Under the pieces are notes generated by a model. The model was not told where the DNA came from. It did not search any database and was given only the letters and a program-made list of their open reading frames with translations. The position numbers and the translations under genes were made by a program. A stretch of DNA of 61,596 nt, filler included, from an uncultured bacterium (GTDB lineage Bacteria; Latescibacterota; UBA2968), in the NCBI GenBank assembly GCA_964471275.1. It is 3 parts of 3 records of this genome, joined end to end, with 100 filler letters (N's around TTAATTAATTAA, not from the genome) between each part and the next. Parts side by side here need not be neighbours in the genome. Positions count along the whole stretch, not along the records: positions 41,316 to 61,596 come from CAYYGZ010000063.1; 2 more parts are not named here. The stretch is one strand, 5' to 3'. This document shows, piece after piece, positions 48,025 to 58,040 of the stretch. Every line of letters begins with the position of its first letter. The stretch's first letter is position 1.

Positions 48025-49300
48025 ATGTCACAGTTTATCGTCGAAGGAGGGCACCCCCTCTCCGGGACGATCAGACCGGCGGGAAACAAGAATGAGCTTC
48101 AGCCTGCCCTTGCTGCCAGTCTGCTTACTGACGAAGAAATAACTCTTCACAACGTACCGGATACGAATGACCGCGCGACGCTTCTCGCCATCATGCGGGA
48201 TATCGGTTGAGGAGCCGGATCCTCACACAATCACGATTTGCGCGGGATCTCTGGACTCAACGACTCTGAACAGGGATCTCTGCCGGAAGGTGCGCGGCGG
48301 TTTCATGTTCTCTGGTCCGCTGCTGGCCCGTCACGGTCGCGCAACGGTTCCTCGACCGGGCGGCGACAAGATCGGACGTCGACGCGTGGATACGCACATC
48401 ATGGCACTCGAGGCCCTGGGTGCGAAGGTTCATACCAACCATATCTACGAATTGCGCGCCCCCGACGGACTAAGGGGAGCCGACATCTTTCTGGATGAGC
48501 GGAGCGTCACGGGAACTGAGAATGCCGTGATGACGGCCGTTCTGGCGGAAGGATCGACGATCATACAGAACGCAGCGAGTGAGCCGCACGTCCAGCAGTT
48601 ATGCAGGATGCTGAACGAGATGGGTGCGAGCATCACCGGCATTGGTACAAACGAATTACACATCGAGGGTGTGTCCGAACTGCACGGCACAACACACACG
48701 ATCGCACCGGATTACATGGAAGTCGGGAGTTTTATCGGACTGGCGGCCGTAACGAACGGCGCGATCCGGATTGCGGACGCCGCGCCCGAAAACATGCGGC
48801 GGTCGCTTATGGTCTTCCGGCGACTCGGTGTGGAGGTTGAGGTCGATGGTTGTGATCTGGTGGTGCCCGAGTACCAGAAGCTCGAAATCGTGCCCGATAT
48901 CGGAGATGCGGTCCCGAAGATCGATGATGATCCCTGGCCGGGGTTTCCGGCGGATCTGATGAGCATCGCGATCGTTGTGGCGACTCAGTCACGAGGGACG
49001 GTGCTGTTCTTCGAGAAGATGTTCGAGTCCCGTATGTTCTGGCTCGACCGGTTGATCGAGATGGGCGCGAAGATTATCCTGTGCGACCCGCATCGTGCCG
49101 TTGTCGTGGGACCGTCCAAGTTGTATAGCGAGGAACTGACGAGCCCTGACGTGAGAGCCGGTATGGCATTGCTGCTCGCGAGTCTGTGTGCCGGGGGTAA
49201 GAGCGTGATTAACAACATCGAACAGATCGATCGTGGATACGAACGGATCGACGATCGACTTCGGGCGCTGGGTGCGCAGATCGAGCGGGTGAGCGACTAG
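48025..49300 (+). pseudogene. murA: UDP-N-acetylglucosamine 1-carboxyvinyltransferase, frameshifted near 48205 (true lesion or assembly error)
   Basis: The N-part MSQFIVEGG...GNKN ends at TGA 48210. The rest ([36 protein letters not shown]) is in another frame. Confidence 0.85.
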
Positions 49301-49309
49301 GAAGGGACT

Positions 49310-49350
49310 ACCACGAAAGACACGAAAGACACGAAAGGCACGATAAAGGC
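49310..49350 (+). repeat. 9-nt-period tandem repeat
   Basis: AC-CACGAAAGA-CACGAAAGA-CACGAAAGG-CACGATAAAGG, just after the murA stop. Confidence 0.75.
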
Positions 49351-49394
49351 AGAGCTCACTCTCAGGGTCGGCGCGCTGCCCGGATCGTGGTGAG

Positions 49395-50762
49395 ATGGCA
49401 AAGATGAGATCAGGTGGCGGGGGCGTCCTCAGAGAGGGCGCCCTCGAAATCGTTCGGGAACTGAACAAGGCAGGGTATCGCGCGCTGTGGGCAGGCGGCT
49501 GTGTGCGTGATCTGCTTCTAAACAAAGCGCCGAAAGACTACGACATCGCTACAGATGCAGATCCCCCTGACGTGATCGCTCTGTTTGATGAACGGGACGG
49601 GATGGCAGCACAGTATGTGGGCGAGGCGTTCGGGGTTGTGCGTGTGCGGTCTGGCGCGGGTGAATACGAGGTGGCCCGGTTTCGCGAGGAAGGCGACTAT
49701 CGCGATGGCCGGCGTCCGGGGTCGGTTCGGGCATCGGACGAGCAGGCGGATGCGCAGCGGCGCGACTTCACGGTAAACGGGATGTTCTACGATCCGCTGA
49801 ACGGTCGCATAATCGATTATGTCCACGGTCAGCAGGATCTTGCCCTCGCCGTGATCCGTACGATCGGGGAGCCGCTTGATCGGTTTGGCGAGGATCATCT
49901 GAGAATGTTGAGAGCAGTCCGCTTCGCGTGCCGGCTCAATTGGTCGATACACGTCGACACAATGGCCGCAATCAGTGCGACGGCTGACCGTATCGACCGA
50001 ATCAGTGCCGAACGTGTCCGCGACGAGCTGGTATTGATCCTGACAGAAGGGGGCGCGCCACTCGGTATTCGCTACCTGATCGATTCCAGGCTGGCCACCC
50101 GCATCTTGCCGGAGATTCTGTCAATGGATGGCGTTCCACAGCCGCCGCAGTTTCATCCCGAAGGGGATGTGCTGACTCACACACTCATCATGCTGGGTCT
50201 GATGAGGGCGCCGAATCCCGAGCTTGCATTGGGCGTGTTGCTGCACGACGTTGGGAAACCGTCGACTTACCAGGTTCTTGATCGTATCCGATTCAACGAC
50301 CACGTCAAGGTGGGCACCGAGATGACGGAATCGATCTGTCAACGACTTCGTCTGTCCAACGATCAGAAGGAACACGTTCGTAGACTCGTCGCGGATCACC
50401 ATCGGTTTGCGAGCGTTCACGAGATGCGCCAGAGCACGCTCAAGCGATTTCTCCGCACACCGCGATTCGAAGATCATCTTGAGCTCCATCGGCTGGACTG
50501 TCTGTCCAGTCATCAGAAGTTTGAAAGCCATAGTTTCTGTTTGGAGGCGCAGGCGACGATGGCTCCGGAGGAGATCAGGCCCGTCCCGCTGATCACGGGA
50601 GACGATCTGATCGCAATCGGCTACACGCCGGGACCGGCCTTCAAGGTCGCATTGACCGAGGTAGAAGATCGGCAAATGGACGGGTCATTGAGCGGGTCCG
50701 AAGAAGCACTTCGCGTGGCGAGCGACGTCCTGGACCGTGAATTGGCTGCAGCCGAGGGTTAA
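49395..50762 (+). CDS. cca: CCA tRNA nucleotidyltransferase with HD domain
   Basis: GGCVRD, DYDIAT, RRDFTVN, EDHLRMLRAVRF and LLHDVGK. It has VGEAF where poly(A) polymerases have GRRF. Confidence 0.88.
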   Translation: MAKMRSGGGGVLREGALEIVRELNKAGYRALWAGGCVRDLLLNKAPKDYDIATDADPPDVIALFDERDGMAAQYVGEAFGVVRVRSGAGEYEVARFREEGDYRDGRRPGSVRASDEQADAQRRDFTVNGMFYDPLNGRIIDYVHGQQDLALAVIRTIGEPLDRFGEDHLRMLRAVRFACRLNWSIHVDTMAAISATADRIDRISAERVRDELVLILTEGGAPLGIRYLIDSRLATRILPEILSMDGVPQPPQFHPEGDVLTHTLIMLGLMRAPNPELALGVLLHDVGKPSTYQVLDRIRFNDHVKVGTEMTESICQRLRLSNDQKEHVRRLVADHHRFASVHEMRQSTLKRFLRTPRFEDHLELHRLDCLSSHQKFESHSFCLEAQATMAPEEIRPVPLITGDDLIAIGYTPGPAFKVALTEVEDRQMDGSLSGSEEALRVASDVLDRELAAAEG

Positions 50763-50785
50763 GCCGACGGTGAAACCGCCGATTT
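50759..50785 (+). promoter_or_regulatory. Possible sigma28 (FliA)-type promoter upstream of fliL
   Basis: TTAA-15 nt-GCCGATTT, compared with the consensus TAAA-N15-GCCGATAA. Confidence 0.4.
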
Positions 50786-50907
50786 TATGAAGAGGAACCC
50801 GGGCAAAGGGCAGACAGACAATGTGGCATCTTGCCTCACTGAAGCTGCCGAGTTCACAGATCGAGTAAGCCCGCAGATTACCACGAGCACACATCAGGAG
50901 TTAAGAG

Positions 50908-51483
50908 ATGGCTGATGAAGATGATCTTCTAGGCTCTATGGATGAGATGGAGGATGAGGAAGGTGAAGAGGAAGAAGGTGAGGGTGGCTCTCCACTGATG
51001 AAGTATCTTCCCCTGGTTGGGGGTGTCCTTGTCGTTCAGATCATCATCGGCTACGTGATCGGATCACTGTTCTTTGCCCCTTCCGCGGACGAAGCGGCGG
51101 GGGGGGAGGATGGGGCCGCGGCCGAGCAGGAAGAGGTAGTTGCTGAAGTCGCGATGGTCGAACTCGAGGTAATCTGGGATAAGCTGGATCCAATCGTGAT
51201 CAATCCCGCAGGGACCAAGGGGTTGCGTTTCGCGAGTGTGGACGTGAATCTCGGACTGACATCGGAGGCCGTTATGCTTGCTATAGACGAGCGAGGTCTG
51301 GCTTCACGAATCCGTGACACCCTGATCGGCATTCTGGCGAGCAAGACGATCGAGCAGCTCGACCCCCGGTATCACGAGATACTGAAGGTCGAGATGCGAG
51401 CCAAGCTGAACGAATTCTTGAGTCCCGAGAATAACCCTTCAGCTGTTAAGCGCGTTTATTTTCAAGGATTTGTGTTTCAGTAG
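50908..51483 (+). CDS. fliL: Flagellar basal body-associated protein FliL
   Basis: Acidic N-terminus, single TM segment, PIVINPAGT.G.RF, IRDTLI.IL..K and VYFQGFVFQ C-terminus. Confidence 0.82.
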   Translation: MADEDDLLGSMDEMEDEEGEEEEGEGGSPLMKYLPLVGGVLVVQIIIGYVIGSLFFAPSADEAAGGEDGAAAEQEEVVAEVAMVELEVIWDKLDPIVINPAGTKGLRFASVDVNLGLTSEAVMLAIDERGLASRIRDTLIGILASKTIEQLDPRYHEILKVEMRAKLNEFLSPENNPSAVKRVYFQGFVFQ

Positions 51484-51617
51484 AGGCGCAGGGGGCTTGG
51501 AAAGGCGCAGGCAGGATTACCAAGGGGTGAAGAGGATATGGGGGAAGGAACGAAAGGGTGAGCACTGCGTTTAAGAGGCAGATTAACCCATTGCGTGTGT
51601 CTCTGAGGCCTGGACCT

Positions 51618-52175
51618 ATGTATCGACTCCTTGTAGCGACTCTGATGGCCGGGATGGTGGCCCTCTCCCCGGCGTCGGCAACCTCCGTTGTGCGGTTCTC
51701 CTTTGATTCGCTTTGTGAGAACTCGGTTCGGATCGCTCACGTGATTTGCGTGGAAACCGAACCTGTGATCACAGATGATGGAGTTCGTACGCGAACACTG
51801 TTCCGTGTGATCGAGGGGGTGAAGGGCGATGCAAGCCGCGAGATCGAGATTGCCCTGCCGGGCGGGCAGATCGGGGCCAAGCACGTGATGGTCGCCGGCA
51901 TACCGACATTCACAGCCGGTCGCGAAACCGTCATATTTCTGACCGGACCAGACGGATCCGGCTCACCGTGGCCGATCGGGCTCGGTCAGGGATGCTACCG
52001 GGTGGTCACGGATGAGACGGAGGGTCGGTCCGTTCACTTTCAGCGCGGTATGACGCCGATTCCTGAGGGAGTCTTGTTCAAACCCACCTCTGCTGGCGTG
52101 CATAGAGTGGATCTGCGATCCTTCCTCGACAAGGTGCGGGAAACCGTCGCCTTGCCGAGCGAAGAAGTGAAGTAG
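51618..52175 (+). CDS. Secreted hypothetical protein
   Basis: Signal peptide (ASA-T), with LPGGQIG, G.P.F..G...VIFL and GLGQG segments. Confidence 0.7.
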   Translation: MYRLLVATLMAGMVALSPASATSVVRFSFDSLCENSVRIAHVICVETEPVITDDGVRTRTLFRVIEGVKGDASREIEIALPGGQIGAKHVMVAGIPTFTAGRETVIFLTGPDGSGSPWPIGLGQGCYRVVTDETEGRSVHFQRGMTPIPEGVLFKPTSAGVHRVDLRSFLDKVRETVALPSEEVK

Positions 52176-52226
52176 ATCCGGTTCAAAAACCCCAGCAATC
52201 CTGCCGCAATCAGCTTACATCCTTGC

Positions 52227-52255
52227 TTGACATCGTTTAATTTCTCTTATAAGTT
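52227..52255 (+). promoter_or_regulatory. Sigma70-type promoter for rplM-rpsI
   Basis: TTGACA-17 nt-TAAGTT. Confidence 0.7.
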
Positions 52256-52357
52256 TTGAGGCTCAATCGTGCGCGTTTTCTGGCCGGGCTTGTTTTGCCG
52301 TTGCCCGAGCGGACTACAGATAGTGAAAGGGGGCCCCGAGCGGGGCTCGATGAACAG

Positions 52358-52786
52358 ATGAAGACACAGAGCGCAAAGCCTCTGGAAGTGACCCGCAAGT
52401 GGTTTATCGCGGATGCCGAAGGCAAGGTTCTCGGTCGTTTCGCGAGTGAAGTTGCGAGACTTCTGAAGGGCAAGCATAAGCCGGTCTATACGCCTCACGT
52501 TGACACCGGTGATCACGTTATCGTGATCAACGCAGAGAAGATCAAGGTGACGGGTAACAAGCTGCAGGACAAGATCTACACGAACTACAGCGGGTATCCG
52601 GGGGGATTGCGCAAGCGGACACTCGAGAAGGTCCTGGAGACCCGACCGGAATACGTTCTAGAACACGCGATTAAGGGGATGCTCCCCAAGAACTCCCTGG
52701 GTCGCAAGATGATGACGAAGGTTCGGATCTACGCAGGAACAGAGCATAATCACGAAAGCCAGCAGCCGGAGTCGATCGACCTCTAG
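52358..52786 (+). CDS. rplM: 50S ribosomal protein L13
   Basis: [27 protein letters not shown] and GMLPKN. Confidence 0.98.
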   Translation: MKTQSAKPLEVTRKWFIADAEGKVLGRFASEVARLLKGKHKPVYTPHVDTGDHVIVINAEKIKVTGNKLQDKIYTNYSGYPGGLRKRTLEKVLETRPEYVLEHAIKGMLPKNSLGRKMMTKVRIYAGTEHNHESQQPESIDL

Positions 52787-52815
52787 TCAGGTCACGCTTC
52801 GGAGGAGGATTCACT

Positions 52816-53208
52816 TTGGCAAAGCCACTCGCATCGGCCACGGGCCGTCGCAAAGAATCGACCGCACACGTCAAGCTGATGCCCGGTGACGGGAAGATCA
52901 CAGTGAATGGGAAGTCCGCGCTGGAGTATCTGAAGCGTGACGTGCTTGTGATGATGGTCGAGCAGCCGCTTCAGGTGACGGAAACGATCGGCACCTACGA
53001 TATCGTCTGCAACACAAAGGGCGGTGGGTTGAGCGGACAAGCCGGCGCGATCCGGCTGGGTGTTTCGCGTAGTCTGATCGAAGCCAACGAGGGGTATCGA
53101 CAGTCACTCCGTGACTTCGGACTTCTGACCCGCGACCCGAGAGAGGTCGAGCGGAAGAAGCCGGGGCGCCCGGGTGCCCGTCGTCGGTTCCAGTTCTCGA
53201 AGCGCTAG
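52816..53208 (+). CDS. rpsI: 30S ribosomal protein S9
   Basis: TGRRK, GGGLSGQAGAIRLG and ERKKPG...QFSKR. Confidence 0.98.
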   Translation: MAKPLASATGRRKESTAHVKLMPGDGKITVNGKSALEYLKRDVLVMMVEQPLQVTETIGTYDIVCNTKGGGLSGQAGAIRLGVSRSLIEANEGYRQSLRDFGLLTRDPREVERKKPGRPGARRRFQFSKR

Positions 53209-53265
53209 GGTTTCGCATCTATACAGAATTTCAACGGTCTCCATCGTTTACGGTGGAGACCGAAT

Positions 53266-53389
53266 TCACGTGTGCTCCGATCGATCCGAAGGGTGCGGGT
53301 GAGTCGGGCCGCCGCAACGCGCGGTGGTAGGCAACCTGTTTCGGAAGCCGAGTTGACGAGCACATAGGGGTAACCCGGAGGAGTATCGT
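53266..53389 (+). promoter_or_regulatory. Structured rpsB leader (S2 autoregulatory RNA candidate)
   Basis: TGTGCTC...GAGCACA closes a long stem containing GGGTGC and inner hairpins, directly before rpsB. Confidence 0.55.
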
Positions 53390-54172
53390 ATGGCAGTCGT
53401 ATCGATGAAAGAGCTTCTGGAGTCGGGCGTCCACTTTGGTCACCAGACCCGCCGCTGGAACCCGAAGATGAAGAAGTACATCTTCACGGAACGGAACGGA
53501 ATCTACATTCTCGACCTGCAGAAGACGCTGAAGCAGATTGAAGAGGCATACAAGACCGTCCGCACTGCGGCAGAGAAAGCCCAGCCTGTCCTGTTTGTGG
53601 GAACGAAGAAGCAGGCCCGGGACGTCGTGCGCCGCGAAGCTGAGCGCTGTGAGATGTTTCACGTCACCGAGCGCTGGCTGGGTGGGATGCTCACGAATTA
53701 TCAGACGATTCGACAGAGCATCCGGCGTCTCGAATCGCTCGACAAGATGAGTAATGACGGCACCTACGAGCGCCTGACGAAGAAGGAAGTGATCCGCCTC
53801 GAGCGTGAACGCGGCAAGCTGCAGCAGTCGCTCGGCGGTATCCGCGATATGGGCAAGCTCCCCGGTCTCGTGTTTATCGTGGACATCAAAAAGGAACGGA
53901 TCGCGGCTGCCGAAGCGCGCCGGCTCGAAGTGCCGATCGTTGCGATCGTCGACACCAACTGCAATCCTGATGAGGTTGATCTCGCGATTCCCGCGAATGA
54001 TGATGCGATCCGATCGATTACCTTGATCACGAAACTGATGGCCGATGCCGTGCTTGAGGGCCGAAGCGCTCGTGAGGACAAGGAAGAGCAGAGCGAGAAG
54101 GCGCCGGCAGGACCTGCCAATATTCCAGCAGGTCCGGAGATCACCGAGATTCCGGCCCAAGAATCCAAATAG
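53390..54172 (+). CDS. rpsB: 30S ribosomal protein S2
   Basis: [24 protein letters not shown] and [10 protein letters not shown]. Confidence 0.98.
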   Translation: MAVVSMKELLESGVHFGHQTRRWNPKMKKYIFTERNGIYILDLQKTLKQIEEAYKTVRTAAEKAQPVLFVGTKKQARDVVRREAERCEMFHVTERWLGGMLTNYQTIRQSIRRLESLDKMSNDGTYERLTKKEVIRLERERGKLQQSLGGIRDMGKLPGLVFIVDIKKERIAAAEARRLEVPIVAIVDTNCNPDEVDLAIPANDDAIRSITLITKLMADAVLEGRSAREDKEEQSEKAPAGPANIPAGPEITEIPAQESK

Positions 54173-54234
54173 CGACTTTAACCGTATCAACAAGCAGCAT
54201 TGTGGACGGTATACTGAAGAGGAAGGGCTAGGAG

Positions 54235-54834
54235 ATGGCAATTACGGCAAGTGAGGTCCAGGAGCTTCGCAAGCGGACCAATGTCGGAATGATGGACTGC
54301 AAGAATGCGCTGACCGAAGCCGACGGCGACATGGAGAAGGCGATCGAGATTCTGCGCACACGGGGTATCGCGAAGGCTCAGGATCGTGCCGGTCGCGCGG
54401 CGAAGGAAGGTCTGATCGAGGCTTACATCCACGCGGGAGCAAAGCTGGGTGTGATGCTCGAGATAAACTCGGAGACGGACTTCGTTGCCCGGACAGATGA
54501 GTTCACAAGCTTCTCAAAGGACGTGGCGATGCATATTGCCGCGGCTGCTCCGCTTGTCGTGAGCCGAGAAGATCTGGACCAGACGCTCCTGGACAAAGAA
54601 AAGTCGATCTATCGCGAGCAGGCTCTGCAGGAAGGCAAGCCGGAGCAGGTCGTGGAAAAGATTGTCGAGGGACGTGTCGACAAGTATTTCCAGGAAGTCT
54701 GCCTGCTGGAACAGTCTTTTGTAAAGGATCCAGATAAGACGGTTCAGGATCTGTTGAACGAACTGGTTGCCAAGTGCGGTGAGAACGTGTCGATTCGTCG
54801 TTTCGAGCGTTTTGTGCTCGGCTCAGAGACCTGA
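54235..54834 (+). CDS. tsf: Elongation factor Ts (short 199-aa form)
   Basis: VQELRKRTNVGMMDCKNAL and NSETDFVA. Confidence 0.97.
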   Translation: MAITASEVQELRKRTNVGMMDCKNALTEADGDMEKAIEILRTRGIAKAQDRAGRAAKEGLIEAYIHAGAKLGVMLEINSETDFVARTDEFTSFSKDVAMHIAAAAPLVVSREDLDQTLLDKEKSIYREQALQEGKPEQVVEKIVEGRVDKYFQEVCLLEQSFVKDPDKTVQDLLNELVAKCGENVSIRRFERFVLGSET

Positions 54835-54871
54835 TTATTCCGTAACTCGACAAGCAAAGGGAGGGGACGCC

Positions 54872-55429
54872 ATGGTGAACGAGATCCTTGCTGAAACTAA
54901 GAGCGAGATGGACAAAGCCGTGGATGCCTTTCACCGTGAAGTTGCAACGGTCCGGACGGGACGCGCGAACTCCTCACTGCTCGATACGCTTCGCGTCGAG
55001 TACTACGGCTCTCAGGTTCCGGTCAATCAGGTTGCCAGCATCACGATCCCGGAGCCCCGTCTGATTGTTCTTCAGCCATTCGACAAGACGGTCATCCACG
55101 AGCTCGAGAAGGCAATACAGACGTCCACGCTTGGATTGACGCCGTCAAACGACGGCAATGTGGTCCGGCTCGCGATTCCCCAGTTGACGGAAGAACGCCG
55201 TCTGGAGCTGGTCAAAGTCGTTCGTCACATGGGTGAGGAGTGTCGTGTGTCGATCCGGAATCACCGGCGCGACGCCAACGATATGCTCAAGACGGGGCAG
55301 AAGGAAGGCGAAATCCCGGAGGACGAAGCGAAGCGGGCCTCCGAGCAGACCCAGAAACTGACTGACGAATACGTAAAGAAGATCGACGCGATGTTGGAGG
55401 AGAAGGAAGCCGAGATCATGGAAGTGTAG
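54872..55429 (+). CDS. frr: Ribosome recycling factor
   Basis: RTGRAN, YYGS, PQLTEERR and IRNHRRDAN. Confidence 0.97.
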   Translation: MVNEILAETKSEMDKAVDAFHREVATVRTGRANSSLLDTLRVEYYGSQVPVNQVASITIPEPRLIVLQPFDKTVIHELEKAIQTSTLGLTPSNDGNVVRLAIPQLTEERRLELVKVVRHMGEECRVSIRNHRRDANDMLKTGQKEGEIPEDEAKRASEQTQKLTDEYVKKIDAMLEEKEAEIMEV

Positions 55430-55457
55430 GCGCCTCCGCTGTGCCGAATACAGAAGC

Positions 55458-55508
55458 AATAGAGATTGCCGCTTTCCGGCCATAGCCGTGAGGCGGCATT
55501 TCTATTTG
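55458..55508 (+). terminator. Terminator-like hairpin after frr
   Basis: AATAGAGATTGCCGC...GCGGCATTTCTATT. Confidence 0.6.
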
Positions 55509-55624
55509 AGAGCAAGGATTGATACTTAGCGGGTAGTGCCTGGCGACGAAATATGTGTCTGCGTTCGGCTGCACCGTATTGCGGCCCAGTGAAGGCGGAA
55601 GACTTATAACATTGAGGATTCGGA

Positions 55625-56848
55625 ATGGCTCGGATAAACTCGAATTACGATAAGTTGGCGGCGGGATATCTGTTCCCGGAGATCGCCAGGAGAACGGCCC
55701 AGTTTTTGGAAAGCAACCCGGGGGTGAAGGTGATGCGGCTTGGGATTGGGGACACAACTGAGCCCTTGACGGAGACCGTGATCGCGGGGTTGCACGCCGG
55801 TGTCGAGCGGCTCTCGCAACCGGATACCTACTCCGGGTATGGCGACGGGGAAGGGGATGTGGATCTGCGTGAGGCGATCGCGAAGAAGTATGCCGACTAC
55901 GGGGTCACGCTCAATGCGGCGGAGGTGTTCGTCAGCGACGGGGCGAAATCGGATTCGGCGAATATCTCCTCCATCTTCTCACACGACGCGGTGATTGCGG
56001 TGCAGGACCCCGCGTATCCGGTCTATGTTGACAGCAACGTGATATCAGGTCGAACAGGAGATGCGGTTGAGGGCCAGTATGAAGGGCTCATATACATGCC
56101 GTGTACAGAGGCCAACGGGTTCTTCCCCGATGTCCCGAGTCAGAAGGTTGATCTGATCTACCTGTGCGTGCCGAACAACCCGACGGGCGCCGTCGGATCT
56201 CGTGCGCAGTTGGAAGCGTTCGTGAACTATGCGATCAAACATCGCGCTGTCATCTTCTACGATGCAGCATACGCCCCCTACATCACAGATCCGGATCTTC
56301 CAAAAACGATTTTCGAGATCGAGGGGGCGAAGACCTGTGCGATCGAGATCAACAGTTTCTCGAAGGACAACGGCTTCACCGGCGTGCGGCTGGGATGGTC
56401 GGTTGTGCCTCAGGACCTGATCGTGGAGGATTCCGTTCCGGGTAAACTCAACACGATGTGGCGCCGCCGGCAGAATACGTTCTTCAACGGACCATCCAAC
56501 ATCGTGCAGAGAGGTGCAGCTGCATCGCTCACACCAGAGGGCCGGAAGCTGTCGCAGGAGATGGTCGGCTACTACATGGTGAACGCGCGGACGATCAAGA
56601 GCGGACTCGAGAGCATCGGCCTTACGGTCTTTGGCGGGTCGAATGCACCGTATCTGTGGATGAAGACTCCGAACGGTCTGAGCTCGTGGGATTTTTTCGA
56701 CAAGCTGTTGAGCGAGGCACACGTGGTGGGAACACCAGGGTCCGGGTTTGGACCAAGCGGCGAAGGATACTTTCGGTTGAGCGCTTTCGGAAACGAAGCC
56801 GATATTGCCACGGCGGTCGAGAGCATCAAGGGGAAGCTTGAAATCTAG
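55625..56848 (+). CDS. dapL: LL-diaminopimelate aminotransferase
   Basis: YLFPEI, LGIGDTTEP, VSDGAKSD, PNNPTG, SFSK..GFTGVRLG and TPGSGFGPSGEGYFRLSAF. Confidence 0.96.
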   Translation: MARINSNYDKLAAGYLFPEIARRTAQFLESNPGVKVMRLGIGDTTEPLTETVIAGLHAGVERLSQPDTYSGYGDGEGDVDLREAIAKKYADYGVTLNAAEVFVSDGAKSDSANISSIFSHDAVIAVQDPAYPVYVDSNVISGRTGDAVEGQYEGLIYMPCTEANGFFPDVPSQKVDLIYLCVPNNPTGAVGSRAQLEAFVNYAIKHRAVIFYDAAYAPYITDPDLPKTIFEIEGAKTCAIEINSFSKDNGFTGVRLGWSVVPQDLIVEDSVPGKLNTMWRRRQNTFFNGPSNIVQRGAAASLTPEGRKLSQEMVGYYMVNARTIKSGLESIGLTVFGGSNAPYLWMKTPNGLSSWDFFDKLLSEAHVVGTPGSGFGPSGEGYFRLSAFGNEADIATAVESIKGKLEI

Positions 56849-56949
56849 GGGCTGGGGTGTTGGGGTGGGGTACCGCAGAAGCGGTGTTGATCGTAGTTTT
56901 TTTCATCGGTAGGAATCTCCCAGAGGATTCGTCCGAAAGGTAGCGTAAC

Positions 56950-57936
56950 GTGCAGCAGTCAGATTGTAGAGTTCCGGGGGCGTTGGGGTGTGTCCTGACG
57001 ATGATGGTCTGTCTGGCTGGGGCCGGACGAGGCGTTGTCGCCGAGGAACCCGAGGCGAAGATGAAGGCGCACGTGGCGTTACGGCACGTGGCGGATTACG
57101 GGCACAAGGGGAGCGGGGTTGGGGAATTCCTGGAGCCCAGAGACCTGGCGCTGGATCCATCGGGGAATGTGCTGGTGGTGGATACAGGGAATCACCGGGT
57201 TGTGAAACTGAACAATAAGGGCGCGTATCTGACCGAGGTGGGTGGTTTTGGGTGGAACGATGGTCAGTTTAACGAGCCCGTTGGGATTTCTGCCGGAACG
57301 GGGCTGGAGATCTATGTCGCAGACGGGCAGAATCAGCGTGTGGCCGTATACAGCCAGCACATGAAGCTGATCGCCCTGGTCGGGGGGCGGGATGTCGAGG
57401 GTGCATTGGCGATGGGCCGGCTGGGAGACATCGTATCGACACGCGAGGGCGAGATCTATGTGACCGATCAGGATCTCGACCAGGTGATGCAGATCAGCAC
57501 GTTCAGCCGGTCAGACAGGTCGTTCGGCGGGTATGGATACGGATCGGGCGAGCTCCGTGCCCCATCAGCGCTGGATGTGGATGAAGAAGGCCGGGTGTAT
57601 GTCTGCGATACGGAGAACGATCGTGTGGTCGTGTTCGACCGGTTCGGCAACTATGACCGTGAGATCGGAGTGGACGTGGTGAGAAAGCCTGCCGGTGTGG
57701 CTGTCGGGCCACAAAACATCCTGTTTGTGTCGGATACGGAATCGCACCGGATGCTCGCATTCGATCTCGAGAACGGCGAAATAGCAGGACGACTGGGTGG
57801 CCCGAAACCGGGGTCCGCGAAGGGACGCTTTCACGCGCCGCGTGGTCTGGCATACGGTCGAGGAGACCACCTATTCGTGGTTGACTCCGGTAATCATCGT
57901 GTTTCGAAGTACAAAGTTCTGATTCTGCGTAAATAG
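56950..57936 (+). CDS. Secreted NHL-repeat beta-propeller protein
   Basis: Repeated GEF..P.DLA.D...VVDTGNHRV units and a signal-like N-terminus. The exact start is uncertain. Confidence 0.88.
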   Translation: MQQSDCRVPGALGCVLTMMVCLAGAGRGVVAEEPEAKMKAHVALRHVADYGHKGSGVGEFLEPRDLALDPSGNVLVVDTGNHRVVKLNNKGAYLTEVGGFGWNDGQFNEPVGISAGTGLEIYVADGQNQRVAVYSQHMKLIALVGGRDVEGALAMGRLGDIVSTREGEIYVTDQDLDQVMQISTFSRSDRSFGGYGYGSGELRAPSALDVDEEGRVYVCDTENDRVVVFDRFGNYDREIGVDVVRKPAGVAVGPQNILFVSDTESHRMLAFDLENGEIAGRLGGPKPGSAKGRFHAPRGLAYGRGDHLFVVDSGNHRVSKYKVLILRK

Positions 57937-58040
57937 AATGTCGACGGGCAGGTGGGGCGCTGAGGGCAGGACGACCGGCTGACCCTCGTATCTTGCGCAT
58001 AGGAACTTGCTCTTGCGCGTGGGAAGGGACACCTTTCAGG

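Noticed and set aside
48208..48210. TGA in murA as selenocysteine or readthrough
   Set aside because: The downstream homology is in a different frame, so readthrough would not restore the protein.
49310..49350. Short repeats as a CRISPR array
   Set aside because: The units are 9 nt with no spacers, and there are no cas genes in the window.
50790..50900. c-di-GMP-I riboswitch or sigma54 promoter before fliL
   Set aside because: GGCAAA is present but the GAAA-tetraloop/GCAAAG architecture is not, and the TGGCA-TTGC spacing is wrong for sigma54.
55510..55624. Lysine riboswitch before dapL
   Set aside because: The spacer is too short after the frr hairpin and lacks the conserved leader features.
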